DNA of 64,000 bases from Candidatus Iainarchaeum sp. (GCA_037441475.1 JBBISB010000001.1:524946-588945), one strand, 5' to 3'; counted from the stretch's first letter, positions 1 to 9,921 are shown. The notes: generated from the letters alone by a model not told the origin. A program made the numbers and translations.

Positions 1-191
1 TTAATCTCATTTATTTTTATCCACTTGTAGTTTACTCCTTTCTTAGTAATAGTTTCTTCTAAAGAATCTGTTGTAGCATAATAATACTCGGTATGCATTT
101 TTTTAAAAACATTCTCTTCTTTTTCAAACCAGTTATGACATTCTCCAATCTTTTTTTTAAGCAAGGTAATATTCTTAATACCAGTGCTCAC
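1..191 (-). CDS. hypothetical protein, N-terminal part only (runs off window start)
   Basis: The minus-strand frame is open from a GTG at 191 (GTGA overlap with the stop of the upstream ORF) or an ATG at 98, down to position 1. No recognisable motif. Confidence 0.3.
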   Translation of the reverse strand, partial: MSTGIKNITLLKKKIGECHNWFEKEENVFKKMHTEYYYATTDSLEETITKKGVNYKWIKINEI

Positions 192-736
192 TTCAATTTC
201 TTGGAGATATCTTTACCCTCTACCTTGTCTTTAAGGTTTTTAGGGTATGACCAAAAAGAACAGCTTGCCTTTTCATCTTCAGTTATAAGTAGTTTCTTAG
301 TTTTGGTGTTATAGACAAGTCCCCCTCTAGCGTAACCTAAAATAACCTTTAATTTCTTATTACTCTCATATATCTTCTTAAGATCAGTTTTTTCTAAAAT
401 CTCTTCAAACTTAAGTATCTGATTTAAGATTATTTCTTTATCTATGTTGTTATAGTCTTTTATCTTAAGTAACCTGTCCTCTACTTCCTTTTCATTAACC
501 TTTAATTGCCTAAGTAGCCTTGCATATTTGTAAAGGTTATGATACATTCTATATTTATTATCTTCAAAATAACTTTCTAAAAAATCAATTCTTATTTTTG
601 AAAAAACACTGGTTGTTTCAAAACTAAACTCAAAGTAACTTTTTTTCTTTAAAATTTCTAATAAATCTTCTTCAAGTCTATTTCCATATATAAAAAAACT
701 GTTTAATATAAAGTCATAAAGGTAAGGGTAGAACAT
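188..736 (-). CDS. hypothetical helical protein downstream of the MNT nucleotidyltransferase (possible substrate-binding/HEPN-like partner, or the C-terminal part of a split gene)
   Basis: 182-aa ORF. Its frame stays open for 29 codons upstream of its ATG, up to the A9 tract where the MNT ORF ends. No canonical Rx4-6H HEPN motif was seen. Confidence 0.45.
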   Translation of the reverse strand: MFYPYLYDFILNSFFIYGNRLEEDLLEILKKKSYFEFSFETTSVFSKIRIDFLESYFEDNKYRMYHNLYKYARLLRQLKVNEKEVEDRLLKIKDYNNIDKEIILNQILKFEEILEKTDLKKIYESNKKLKVILGYARGGLVYNTKTKKLLITEDEKASCSFWSYPKNLKDKVEGKDISKKLK

Positions 737-809
737 ATCTGTTGTAATATTTTTAAAGTTGTTTTTCTCAACATTGTTTATCTTAAACTCTATTTTAATG
801 TTGTTTTCC

Positions 810-1052
810 TTAGATATTTTTTTTTATCTTAGAGAGTACTTCTATTTCTTTTTTTAAAATTTCTTTCTTTTTTGTAAACGCCATTATGTTAATATCACTT
901 TCTTTAGGGGTAATCTCTCCTCTAGCAAAGGAACCATGTATGTATACTGCTTTTATAAAAGAGTATTTTCTACTATTAAACTCTTCTTTTAAGTAGTTTG
1001 CAAGCTTATAATAGCTTTCTAAGTTTTTATCTATAATTTCCATGCTCTTCAT
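810..1052 (-). CDS. minimal nucleotidyltransferase (MNT / Pol-beta superfamily) domain protein
   Basis: Signature 'IHGSFARGEITPKESDINIM' matches the GSxxRGx(n)SDxD pattern of the NTase fold. Only 80 aa, ending inside an A9 homopolymer. Confidence 0.7.
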   Translation of the reverse strand: MKSMEIIDKNLESYYKLANYLKEEFNSRKYSFIKAVYIHGSFARGEITPKESDINIMAFTKKKEILKKEIEVLSKIKKNI

Positions 1053-1269
1053 ACCTTTGTTTTAAAGATATGTTGTCTATATATTTTTTAAAGGTTTTGC
1101 TTTTTTTTAACAACCGTTGTTTTGTTTTCCATATATTTCTCTCTTAATTATTTTGTTTTTATCTTAAGTTCTATTTATAAGGTTTTTTTGATAATAAATA
1201 ATATTAATCATATAACTTTTAGAATATTTTCTTATTTTAAAAAACGACGATCTAACTAAGGTGATAAAA

Positions 1270-1473
1270 ATGAATAAAACACATTTACTAATAGGTATAT
1301 TAGTAATTATAGCAGCATCCTTTTTACTTGCAGTACAAGTTGACTTTAAAGCTAGTAAGAAAGAACAAATACAGATGTATATATTTGAGGATAAATTAAT
1401 TGAAGATAATTTTTTGTTTAATGAAGAAAAATGGTTTTTGAACAATCCACCTCTTCTTTTAATCTTTTCTTAA
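1270..1473 (+). CDS. small putative membrane/secreted protein
   Basis: Starts 'MNK' followed by a hydrophobic helix ending in 'LLAVQVDF', resembling the signal region of the next ORF. Confidence 0.35.
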   Translation: MNKTHLLIGILVIIAASFLLAVQVDFKASKKEQIQMYIFEDKLIEDNFLFNEEKWFLNNPPLLLIFS

Positions 1474-1546
1474 ACAATATTGTTTATAAACATTTCTTAA
1501 CATATATTTTTTAAGTTTTAAATTAAATAAAAGGAGCAATACAGAT

Positions 1547-1930
1547 ATGAACAAAAGTATAGTTTTAGTAATGGCTTTAGTTTTAGCTGTTACTTTTTTA
1601 GTTGTAGTTCAAGTTAAAGGTGTTAATTGGGCTGATAAAGGTGCTGTTCAAAGTACAGCAAAGTTTGACGTGGATTGGGTAACAGCTGGAGCAGTTTCAC
1701 TAGAAAAGGACACTAATTCAACAAAAAAAACAAACTCTGTTGATCAAAACATAGAAATTGAAGAATTAAACAATGTTTTCTTAACAGGTGTAGGAATCAC
1801 AATTGATAGTTTTGAACCTTACAATGCTAAATTAAGTGGTGTTGAATCAGAGTACGAAGAATCAGTTGCAGAAGATAGAAGACCTAGACACGGTCTTACA
1901 ACACAAGACGTATACCCTTACAAGTCTTAA
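1547..1930 (+). CDS. small secreted protein, unknown function
   Basis: N-terminal signal-like 'MNKSIVLVMALVLAVTFLVVVQVKG'. An AGGAG box lies upstream (aaaaggagcaatacagatatg). Confidence 0.5.
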   Translation: MNKSIVLVMALVLAVTFLVVVQVKGVNWADKGAVQSTAKFDVDWVTAGAVSLEKDTNSTKKTNSVDQNIEIEELNNVFLTGVGITIDSFEPYNAKLSGVESEYEESVAEDRRPRHGLTTQDVYPYKS

Positions 1931-1958
1931 GTTTAGGTTATATTAAAAAAATAGTTGT

Positions 1959-1998
1959 AAAGGTTTTTTAAAAAAAATCTTAACCTTTCAACTTTTTT
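1959..1998 (+). terminator. hairpin (AAAGGTT...AACCTTT) followed by a T-run
   Basis: Inverted repeat aaaggtt (1959-1965) / aaccttt (1982-1988), then tttttt. It lies just after the stop of the 1547-1930 ORF. Confidence 0.3.
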
Positions 1999-2133
1999 CT
2001 ATTTTTTTTAAAAAATTATACCTTTAAACAGTATTTTTTCTATATATTTCTTAATAACTACATAATTAACATCCCCCTCTAAAGATACCATTTATTAATA
2101 TTTTCCCTCCATAATTATATTTGTGAAGTACAT

Positions 2134-3465
2134 ATGGAACTAAATAATGCAAAAGATATATTTGAAAAGGTAAAACAAGATACTGGTAAAAGTCAAGAAG
2201 AACTTTTAACTATTTTAGAGAAGATAAAAGAAAAATACCAAGGTCTATTATCAGAGGTTGGAGCAAGTATTATGCTTGCAAATCAACTAGGTGTTAATCT
2301 TGATATTAAACATTCAACTTCCTCAATAGTTAAGATAAAAGACTTAGACAATATCCAAGATGCAGCATCTATCTATGCAAGAGTAAAATTTATATCTCCT
2401 CCAAGATACTACACTCAAAAAGACGGTTCTAAAGGAAAGATTTCCTCTCTTTATATCTTTGATGAGACAGGAGAAATAAAGTTAAACCTATGGAATGAAC
2501 ACTCTGACTTTATAAACAATTTAAATCTTTTTAAAAATTCAAAAATATTAATAAAAGATGCATATATAACCACTTACAATGATAAAAAAGAACTTTCTCT
2601 AAGGCAAGGAGCAACACTTTTAAAAGATCCTAAGGACTTTCCATTAATCCCTCCAAAGGAAGAAAATTTAGTAGACGTTTCAAACATCTCAGCAACTGAA
2701 AAACTAATAGATGTTATTGGAAGAATAACAGCTATCTATAATAAAAATACTTTTAAAAACAAAGAAGACAAGGACAGAGGAGTTTTAAACTTTGAAGTTT
2801 CAGACGGTATTAAGTCTTTAAAGTTTGTAGCATGGGATCCTTGGCCTGATTACATTTTAGAAAACTTTACAAAAGGAGATTTAATACATTTAGCAGACCT
2901 TAAGGTTAAAGAGGGTTTATATGAATTAGAGGTTAGCCTTAATTGGTTTTCAACAGTTTTAAAAAATCCACAAACTACTAAAAAAATACCTTCCTTAACA
3001 GAGATCTTAACTCTTACAAAGTCATTAGAGGAAGGAAAGGTTGAGTCTTTAGAGGATGGAAGAAACTATTCTTTAGATGGCTTAATAGTTTCTATTAACA
3101 GAAACAACATTAGATTTTTCAAATGTAAGGAATGTGGAGAAAAGGTACAAATCATAAATGGAGATTTCATTTGTGAAAAATGTTCAAAGGTAGTTGATGT
3201 TAATACAAATCTTTTTGGTTCCATTGATATTGATGATGGAACTGGTATCTTAAAGGTTGTTTTCTTCTCTGACTTAGCTGAAAAGGTATACAAGCTTAAT
3301 AAAGAGGATTTAAAGAAGGACTTAACAGAGGAAGATAAATTAACAATCTTTGATAGACTTGAAAATGAGCTTTTAGGAAAAATGGTTAAAATCTCTGGAA
3401 GAGCAAAATTAAGTAGTTTTTCTTCAAGAATTGAGTTTTTAGCAGATTCTGTTGAGGTTGTTTAG
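2134..3465 (+). CDS. rpa: replication factor A (RPA-like ssDNA-binding protein) with OB folds and zinc ribbon
   Basis: N-terminal helical domain 'EELLTILEKIKEKYQGLLSEVGASIMLANQLGV', repeated OB-like segments, and a C4 zinc ribbon 'CKECGEKV...CEKCSKV', as in euryarchaeal-type RPA. Confidence 0.8.
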   Translation: MELNNAKDIFEKVKQDTGKSQEELLTILEKIKEKYQGLLSEVGASIMLANQLGVNLDIKHSTSSIVKIKDLDNIQDAASIYARVKFISPPRYYTQKDGSKGKISSLYIFDETGEIKLNLWNEHSDFINNLNLFKNSKILIKDAYITTYNDKKELSLRQGATLLKDPKDFPLIPPKEENLVDVSNISATEKLIDVIGRITAIYNKNTFKNKEDKDRGVLNFEVSDGIKSLKFVAWDPWPDYILENFTKGDLIHLADLKVKEGLYELEVSLNWFSTVLKNPQTTKKIPSLTEILTLTKSLEEGKVESLEDGRNYSLDGLIVSINRNNIRFFKCKECGEKVQIINGDFICEKCSKVVDVNTNLFGSIDIDDGTGILKVVFFSDLAEKVYKLNKEDLKKDLTEEDKLTIFDRLENELLGKMVKISGRAKLSSFSSRIEFLADSVEVV

Positions 3466-3604
3466 TTTATTTTTTTTAAAAAAAGGGGTTTATAAAAAAC
3501 ACTTTTTGTTTTTCTATTTTTTATTATAAAAAACCTACTTCTCTGTTTAAAAAGTATTTGTTACATTATTTTTTTAATAAGAAAAATTATTTAGTGTGGT
3601 TGTT

Positions 3605-4549
3605 ATGATGGAAATATTATCTTTTACAAAGAAAGGAATACAAGAAATTAAGGTTGTTAAGAAAAACACCTGGATAAACCTCTACAATCCGTCTGATGCT
3701 GATCTTTTAAAGTTATCAAAAATCTTAAAGTTAAAAGAAAAAGACTTTAAAGATCTTTTAAATGATATAGAGTCTATTTCTGATGATGATGAAATTCCTT
3801 TATTTGAACAAAAGAAATATGGTCTTAATTTCTTTATTATAAAAACACCACAAGAGGCAACAGGTTCCTTTGATCAGGATTACATGACTATTCCTTTAGG
3901 TCTTATTTTAACTAATGATTTATTAATAACTATTTCCTATAGAAAAAACAATGTTATCTCTAGAATGAAACTTAAAAAATTTGATTTTTCTCCACTTTAT
4001 TTTACCTTAAGGTTATTTTTAGTAACCTCAAGATTTTATCTTCATTTTTTAAAATTGATTGATAAGAGATTAAGAAAGCTTGAAGATAAGCTTGAAAATA
4101 AACAAAATAACACTGAAATTTCTTATCTTTTAGATATTCAAAAGTCCTTAGTATATTTTAATACCTCTATCATTAACAATCAGATATTGTTTGAAAAGGT
4201 TTCAAGAGTTGAATATTTTATAAGAGATGAAGTAAATAAAGAGGTTTTACAAGATGTTTTGGATGAAAATAGGCAAGCTATGCAAACCACTCAGATTTAT
4301 TCTGATAACATAAAGCACACTTTAACAGTTATTTCTTCAATGATATCAAATAACTTAAACAGGAATGTTAAGTTTTTAACCTCTGTTTCAATCATTATCG
4401 CCATACCTACTTTGGTTGCAAGTTTTTATGGTATGAATGTAGATCTTCCTTTCCAGGATGATCCTGTTGCCTTTGGTTTAATACTTGCAATCTCTGTTAT
4501 TATTTCAATAGGTATTGGTCTTTTCTTATGGTTTAAGAAGTTGTTTTAA
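3605..4549 (+). CDS. corA: CorA-family magnesium/cobalt transporter
   Basis: Two C-terminal TM helices with the CorA signature 'FYGMNVDLPF' (GMN motif). The track ORF starts at GTG 3596; ATG 3605 or 3608 is more likely. Confidence 0.9.
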   Translation: MMEILSFTKKGIQEIKVVKKNTWINLYNPSDADLLKLSKILKLKEKDFKDLLNDIESISDDDEIPLFEQKKYGLNFFIIKTPQEATGSFDQDYMTIPLGLILTNDLLITISYRKNNVISRMKLKKFDFSPLYFTLRLFLVTSRFYLHFLKLIDKRLRKLEDKLENKQNNTEISYLLDIQKSLVYFNTSIINNQILFEKVSRVEYFIRDEVNKEVLQDVLDENRQAMQTTQIYSDNIKHTLTVISSMISNNLNRNVKFLTSVSIIIAIPTLVASFYGMNVDLPFQDDPVAFGLILAISVIISIGIGLFLWFKKLF

Positions 4550-4552
4550 ATT

Positions 4553-5437
4553 TTATTTTGTAGTTTCAACTCTTTTCCATATCTCTTTTTGAGATTTATT
4601 TTTAATATTTATATCTCTATAAATAACAATCCATAGATATATTCTTGCAAAAATAAGTTGAATAAACCAAAAAGATTCTCTTATGTTTGTAATATATTTT
4701 AATAATCCAAAAACACCAGATCCTTCTGATTTAAATGACCTTACTGTAAAGTTTGTCATTTTTTTAATCTGATTGTAACCTCCAGCACTTCTTTTCTTTT
4801 GAATTATCCAGTCTTTAAAAGTAGTTGGATATTTAACATACACTTTTGCTTCTGGTGCATATTTAATAGTGTATCCTTTTTCATATACTTTAAAAGAGAT
4901 ATATCCATCTTCAGATAAAAGGTTTTCTGGAAGTTTTGGAAATAATTTTTTTCTAATTGCAAATAAATATCCAGTACAAAAAAACTGTTTATTTTTATTT
5001 AATGTTTTTTTCCTTATATCGTGAGCAATGTTTGTTAAAATATATGCCCAGTAACCTAATTTTGTTTTCTTTGAATCTAGGGAAATTACATTTCCAGAAA
5101 CAGCACCAACTTTTTCATCTTTAAATGGTTTGGTTAGTTCAAGGACAGATTTATTATTAACATACACGTCTCCATCTGTAAATATTAAAATATCTCCTTT
5201 TGCTTTTGAGACAACAAGGTTTAAGGCAGCTGGTTTTCCTTCTCCTTTATCTTTAATGATGGTTACTTGTTTATATTTTCTTGCAACAGAGAGTGTTTCT
5301 TCGTCAGGAGCAGTAACAATAAGTTCTAAATCTTTTATTTTTTGATTTAAGATGCTCTCAATTGCTCTTCCAATAGTTTTTGGTTCTTTAAAAGATGTGA
5401 TAATAAAGCTTATTTTCATATTATTATAAGAGCGCAT
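4553..5437 (-). CDS. glycosyltransferase family 2
   Basis: GT-A start 'KISFIITSFKEPKTIGRAIESILNQ', DxD-like 'IFTDGDVY', hydrophobic C-terminal segment. An alternative start at 5419 is possible. Confidence 0.8.
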   Translation of the reverse strand: MRSYNNMKISFIITSFKEPKTIGRAIESILNQKIKDLELIVTAPDEETLSVARKYKQVTIIKDKGEGKPAALNLVVSKAKGDILIFTDGDVYVNNKSVLELTKPFKDEKVGAVSGNVISLDSKKTKLGYWAYILTNIAHDIRKKTLNKNKQFFCTGYLFAIRKKLFPKLPENLLSEDGYISFKVYEKGYTIKYAPEAKVYVKYPTTFKDWIIQKKRSAGGYNQIKKMTNFTVRSFKSEGSGVFGLLKYITNIRESFWFIQLIFARIYLWIVIYRDINIKNKSQKEIWKRVETTK

Positions 5438-5479
5438 ATTCTTATAAACTTTTTGTAATTAGTTTATTTAGTGAAGTTT

Positions 5480-6562
5480 ATGAAAATAGCATTTATTGTG
5501 CCTTATTTTTCTGGATTTGGATCTAACGAATCTGAGGTTGTAAAGGAGTTAATGAGAAGAGGGCATGGTGTGACTATTTTTACTACTAATTTAAGGTCTG
5601 GATCAAGACTTCAAGATATTTCTTTTTCTCAAAATAATAAGTTTAATATAAAGTATGTTAAAGTCCTACATAATTTCACTGGGTGGCCTTTAACAGTTAA
5701 TTTTTCTAGTCAATTAAAAGATTTTGATTTAATTATGGCTCAAGAGGATTATCAATATATGTCTTATATTGGTTTTCTTTCTGCAAAGAAATATAATATT
5801 AAAATTATTGTTTCTAATGAAAGATATTATCTGCCTAGTTTTCCAAAATCTTTATTTTTAAAAGTAATTGAAGCTATATATACTAAGAGATTAAGAAATT
5901 TTATTCCATTTATAACAGTTCATGCAGGTAGTGCGAAAAAATATTTAAGAGAAGTGGGTTTTAAAAAACCAGTTAAAGTTATTTTCACGGCTTTAACTTT
6001 AAATAATTTTAAAGTTAAAAAATCTGGTTACGTTAGGAAAAAATATAATTTACTTAAAAAAGATATAATTGTTTTAACTATTGGAAGGTTAGTTGAATTT
6101 AAAAACTATAGTTTATTAATTGAAAAGTTTTCTAAACTGCCTTTAAATTATAAATTAATAATAGTTGGAAAGGGGTATTTAGAAGATGATTTTAAAAAAT
6201 ATCTTTCTGATAATTCAATTAAGAATGTAATTTTAGAAACAAATTTCATTGAACCTGATTTGATAAAAGAATATATTTTATCTTCTGATATTTATATTCA
6301 ACCAAGCTTAATTGAACCTTTTGGAATTGCTGTAAGAGAAGCCATGGCACTATGTAAGCCTATAATTGTTACAAAAGAGGGGGGTATGATTGAGGCAATT
6401 AATAACAATGGATTTTATATTCCAAAAGACTTGTCTGGGCTAAAAGAAAAAATAGATAGTTGCTATAAAAAGAGAGTTTTGTTTGGAAATAATTCTTTAC
6501 GTTTAGTAAAAGATTATGATGTAAAAAAGATAGTTGATCAATATTTAGATTTAATTAAATAA
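5480..6562 (+). CDS. glycosyltransferase family 1/4 (GT-B)
   Basis: 'MKIAFIVPYF' start and C-terminal 'EPFGIAVREAMALCKPIIVTKEGG', typical of GT4 enzymes. Confidence 0.8.
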   Translation: MKIAFIVPYFSGFGSNESEVVKELMRRGHGVTIFTTNLRSGSRLQDISFSQNNKFNIKYVKVLHNFTGWPLTVNFSSQLKDFDLIMAQEDYQYMSYIGFLSAKKYNIKIIVSNERYYLPSFPKSLFLKVIEAIYTKRLRNFIPFITVHAGSAKKYLREVGFKKPVKVIFTALTLNNFKVKKSGYVRKKYNLLKKDIIVLTIGRLVEFKNYSLLIEKFSKLPLNYKLIIVGKGYLEDDFKKYLSDNSIKNVILETNFIEPDLIKEYILSSDIYIQPSLIEPFGIAVREAMALCKPIIVTKEGGMIEAINNNGFYIPKDLSGLKEKIDSCYKKRVLFGNNSLRLVKDYDVKKIVDQYLDLIK

Positions 6563-7517
6563 AACGTCTTTTAAATTTAAGTACATTATTTATTATTATT
6601 TTTGGTAAAAAACTTATAATGTAATAAATCATTATTTTATTTAAATGTCCAAATAGTTTAAAATATTTTTTAGAATATTTTTTAACTTCTTTAAAATTTT
6701 GTTTGTGGAAATTATAAAATATTTCTGTTTCTAATACATCTTTATTATTTGTTTTTTTAGGATTTATTTTTAATATACTGTTTGGATTAAATATATTATA
6801 CTCGTCGTTTCCATATTTAATTCTTTGATGATAAAATTCAATTGCTTTTTTATAAAATAATAGTTGTTTATTTCTTTTTTCCATTGACGTTTGAGTATCA
6901 TGTACTCTATAGTTAAATAAAATATCTGGAATATTTGTTAATACTTTATTTTCTGAGAGTAATTGTAAAAAAAAATCTACATCTTGAGCATAATATATTT
7001 TTTCACGATATCTAATCTCAGTGTTATTTCTAAACATTATACTTGGGTGGCAAATCCTATTAGTTCCTGAAATTATTTCTTTTTTAATTTTTTCTGAGGT
7101 TGTAAGTGTTTTAATTTTATTTAATATTTTTCCATCTTTGTCAATATAATTATTTCCAGTGCCTATTAAAAACACATCTTTGTGTTTTTCTAAATAATTA
7201 ACTTGTTTTTCAAACCTATCTGGTAAAGATATGTCGTCATGATCCATCATTGCTATATATTTCCCTTTGGCAATATTTAGTCCTTTATTTGATGAAAGAG
7301 ATATTCCTAAATTTTTATCATTATTAATAATTATTATTCTTTTATCTTTTGTTTGGTACTTTTTTATAGTTTCTAGTGTGTTATCTGTTGATGCATCGTT
7401 AATTATTATAAATTCAAAATTAGAGTATGTTTGGTTAAGTATACTTTTTATGGTGGGGTGTATTAATTGTCCTGAATTATATACAGGCATCACAACGCTA
7501 ATAATTATTTTTGTCAT
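6555..7517 (-). CDS. glycosyltransferase family 2
   Basis: 'ISVVMPVYNSGQLIHPTIKSILNQTYSNFEFIIINDASTDNT' and 'MMDHDDIS' (DxD). Confidence 0.85.
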   Translation of the reverse strand: MTKIIISVVMPVYNSGQLIHPTIKSILNQTYSNFEFIIINDASTDNTLETIKKYQTKDKRIIIINNDKNLGISLSSNKGLNIAKGKYIAMMDHDDISLPDRFEKQVNYLEKHKDVFLIGTGNNYIDKDGKILNKIKTLTTSEKIKKEIISGTNRICHPSIMFRNNTEIRYREKIYYAQDVDFFLQLLSENKVLTNIPDILFNYRVHDTQTSMEKRNKQLLFYKKAIEFYHQRIKYGNDEYNIFNPNSILKINPKKTNNKDVLETEIFYNFHKQNFKEVKKYSKKYFKLFGHLNKIMIYYIISFLPKIIINNVLKFKRRFI

Positions 7518-8416
7518 ACTTTAATGTATTGTCCATATTTTTTTAAGTTTTTTAATATATGTTTAGGCCAGTTTTTACCCACTTTTTTTAATTTTAATTT
7601 TTTATTAGATGTAAGGTGTATATTTTTGTTAATTTTATTTAATAGAGTTTGGTAGTTATTATATTCTTTTGTATTATATTCTTGATGTGCATAAGAATTA
7701 AGTTTAATTTGTATTTGGGCTACATTTCCTAAATATGAAAAATGCCAGCCACCATTAATAATTGATTTTGCATTGTCTTTAACATCTCTTATTGTCTGTA
7801 TTTTAGAATTAAATAGGTTTTTTAAATTAAAATAATTAGTTATAGTTGTACCCATCCATTTGCTATCATATAAATTTAAATAGTAAAAAAACATGTCTTG
7901 TCTAAATGTAATATAATTGTTTTTTGAAATAAAGGCAGATACAATTTTGTTGTATGCTTTTTTTAGTGAAAAAAAACTTTTTTTATATTTTTGAATTAAT
8001 TTATCAGAATAGTTAAATATAGTATTTATTTTAAATAATAGTGGTATTATTTTATTTTTATTATTTGTAATAAAACTAAAATTTATTAGTTTAGGAATTT
8101 CGTCTACATCTGATATCATTATTATGTCTTCATCTTTGCAATTTTTAAGTCCTTTTATTATTGCATTTCGTTGAAAATATTCGGCTTCCCAAGCACTATT
8201 AAACTTTGGCAGATTTAATTTAATATATATAATTTGGTTTTTGAATTTTTTATATCTATTTATGTTTTTTTCTATTAAAAATTCTTTTTGTATTCCTGTA
8301 AATGTTTTATCTGCCTCTACAATTACAAAATAATCCACCTTTTCTGAAAGTTCATGTAATCTTATTTCCAACAAGTCCAGTTCATTATAAAATGTGAAAC
8401 AATCGTATATTTTCAT
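7514..8416 (-). CDS. glycosyltransferase family 17-like (bisecting GlcNAc-transferase-like)
   Basis: N-terminus 'MKIYDCFTFYNELDLLEIRLHELSEKVDYFVIVEADKTFTG' matches the characteristic GT17 start, as I recall that family. Confidence 0.65.
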   Translation of the reverse strand: MKIYDCFTFYNELDLLEIRLHELSEKVDYFVIVEADKTFTGIQKEFLIEKNINRYKKFKNQIIYIKLNLPKFNSAWEAEYFQRNAIIKGLKNCKDEDIIMISDVDEIPKLINFSFITNNKNKIIPLLFKINTIFNYSDKLIQKYKKSFFSLKKAYNKIVSAFISKNNYITFRQDMFFYYLNLYDSKWMGTTITNYFNLKNLFNSKIQTIRDVKDNAKSIINGGWHFSYLGNVAQIQIKLNSYAHQEYNTKEYNNYQTLLNKINKNIHLTSNKKLKLKKVGKNWPKHILKNLKKYGQYIKV

Positions 8417-8487
8417 AATAATCTTTTTTATGTGAATTTAGTGGTAATTACATATTAATATTAATTTATAACAAATTAATTAATTTT

Positions 8488-9462
8488 TTACATTTTAATT
8501 AATTCTACACACATAGTATCTGAATTTTTGTAAACTATATGATAAATGCTATTTGATATTTTTCTTATTGGATATACATTTAAAACATTATATATGGTTT
8601 TTTTCCAATCATTTTTAATTATTTGATTTGGAGTTATGTTTTTTTTATGTTTATTATATATTTTTTTAATTAATTCATTTTTATCTGAGGTTAAAACATT
8701 CGTTGTTATAAAATTACATTTAAATTTATTATTTTTAGCTAACTTTTCTATACTTTTTTTACTAAACCAAATAGTGTGTACTGGAGGAAGGTCTGTATGC
8801 CATATCATTTTTTTAGAATAATTATCTTTATTAGGAGTTGATATTAACATTTTTCCATTTTTATTAAGTAAGTTATAACATTTATTAATAAATGAATTGT
8901 AATCTGAAAGATGCTCAATAAGTTCTGTTGCAATAATTAAATCGTATTTTTGATTAATACTATCTATTGTTGTTTTAATATAATTGTTTTGACCGTAATT
9001 TTTTTTTGCATATTTTATTGCATTTTCTGATATGTCTATACCATTCGCATTATAACCTTCTTTGTTAAGAGCATATGTGAAGTACCCGTATCCACAGCCA
9101 ATTTCTAAGATTTTAATGTTTTTATTTAGAGGTATTTTTTTAATTATAGTGTAAGATGGTTCTTGTTTTAATAACCATTTAAGAGGCTTATTTTTTGCTT
9201 TAATTTTTTGGGCATACTTAAAATATCGATCATATCCTGGTGTCTTATTAGTTGAATATATTTTATCGTATATTTGTGTATCTAATTTTGTTGTGTTAAT
9301 AAATTGAATGTCGCATTTTAGGCATTCAAAAATATCATTTTTTATATTATAATATCCTTCTAAATTTGAACATTTTAATTTTGTGTTTTTAGATTTACAA
9401 ATAGGGCAAATACAGTTTAAACGATTTTTTTTTTTCATATATTTATTTCTAAATAAAACCAT
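8488..9462 (-). CDS. class I SAM-dependent methyltransferase with N-terminal zinc-ribbon-like Cys pairs
   Basis: Motif I 'ILEIGCGYGYFT' and Cys pairs 'CPICKS...CLKCD'. An alternative start at 9438 is possible. Confidence 0.75.
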   Translation of the reverse strand: MVLFRNKYMKKKNRLNCICPICKSKNTKLKCSNLEGYYNIKNDIFECLKCDIQFINTTKLDTQIYDKIYSTNKTPGYDRYFKYAQKIKAKNKPLKWLLKQEPSYTIIKKIPLNKNIKILEIGCGYGYFTYALNKEGYNANGIDISENAIKYAKKNYGQNNYIKTTIDSINQKYDLIIATELIEHLSDYNSFINKCYNLLNKNGKMLISTPNKDNYSKKMIWHTDLPPVHTIWFSKKSIEKLAKNNKFKCNFITTNVLTSDKNELIKKIYNKHKKNITPNQIIKNDWKKTIYNVLNVYPIRKISNSIYHIVYKNSDTMCVELIKM

Positions 9463-9730
9463 TTATATACTTTTCTAAACCATAATTATATCATAAATAT
9501 GATGAGTAACTAAAAAGTGAATAGTAAAAAATAAAAAATAATTAAAAAAATGTTTAATAAAAATGAAAACCTTAAATCTCCTATTCTAGAAGCATTTAAC
9601 ATTATTCCTTTCAAATAAAAACTATTTTTAATAAATAAATTTAATTACTTTTTAAAATTCCTTATACCTTGCTTATTATATAAAAAAAGAAAAAATAACA
9701 AAAAAATATAAAAAAAAGAGTGAATAAAAT

Positions 9731-9921
9731 ATGAATGGTACTGTTAAATTCTACAACTTCAAGAAAAATTTTGGCTTATAACTGGAGAAGATGGTAAAGA
9801 TTACTTTGTCCATAGTTCAGGAATAGCTAACAACGAAAGTATAAAGGATGGTATGCCTGTTAAATTCGATGTTACTGAAGATGATAAAGGTCAAAAAGCT
9901 ATAAATGTTAAAAAAGCTTAA
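9731..9921 (+). pseudogene. cold-shock domain protein, frameshifted copy
   Basis: Starts 'MNGTVKFYNFKKNFG' like the intact copy, then hits TAA at 9779. The rest ('ITGEDGKDYFVHSSGIANNESIKDGMPVKFDVTEDDKGQKAINVKKA*') continues in the +2 frame from 9778. The span is 191 nt, against 192 nt in the intact paralogue. Confidence 0.8.

Noticed and set aside
93-314. 73-aa plus-strand ORF at the window start
   Set aside because: It is antisense to the minus-strand gene pair, has a low-complexity Phe/Leu-rich sequence, and has no SD box.
9499-9505. ATGATGA resembling a C-box of a C/D sRNA in the csp leader
   Set aside because: There is no CTGA D-box at a suitable distance, and the motif is not conserved in the second repeat unit.
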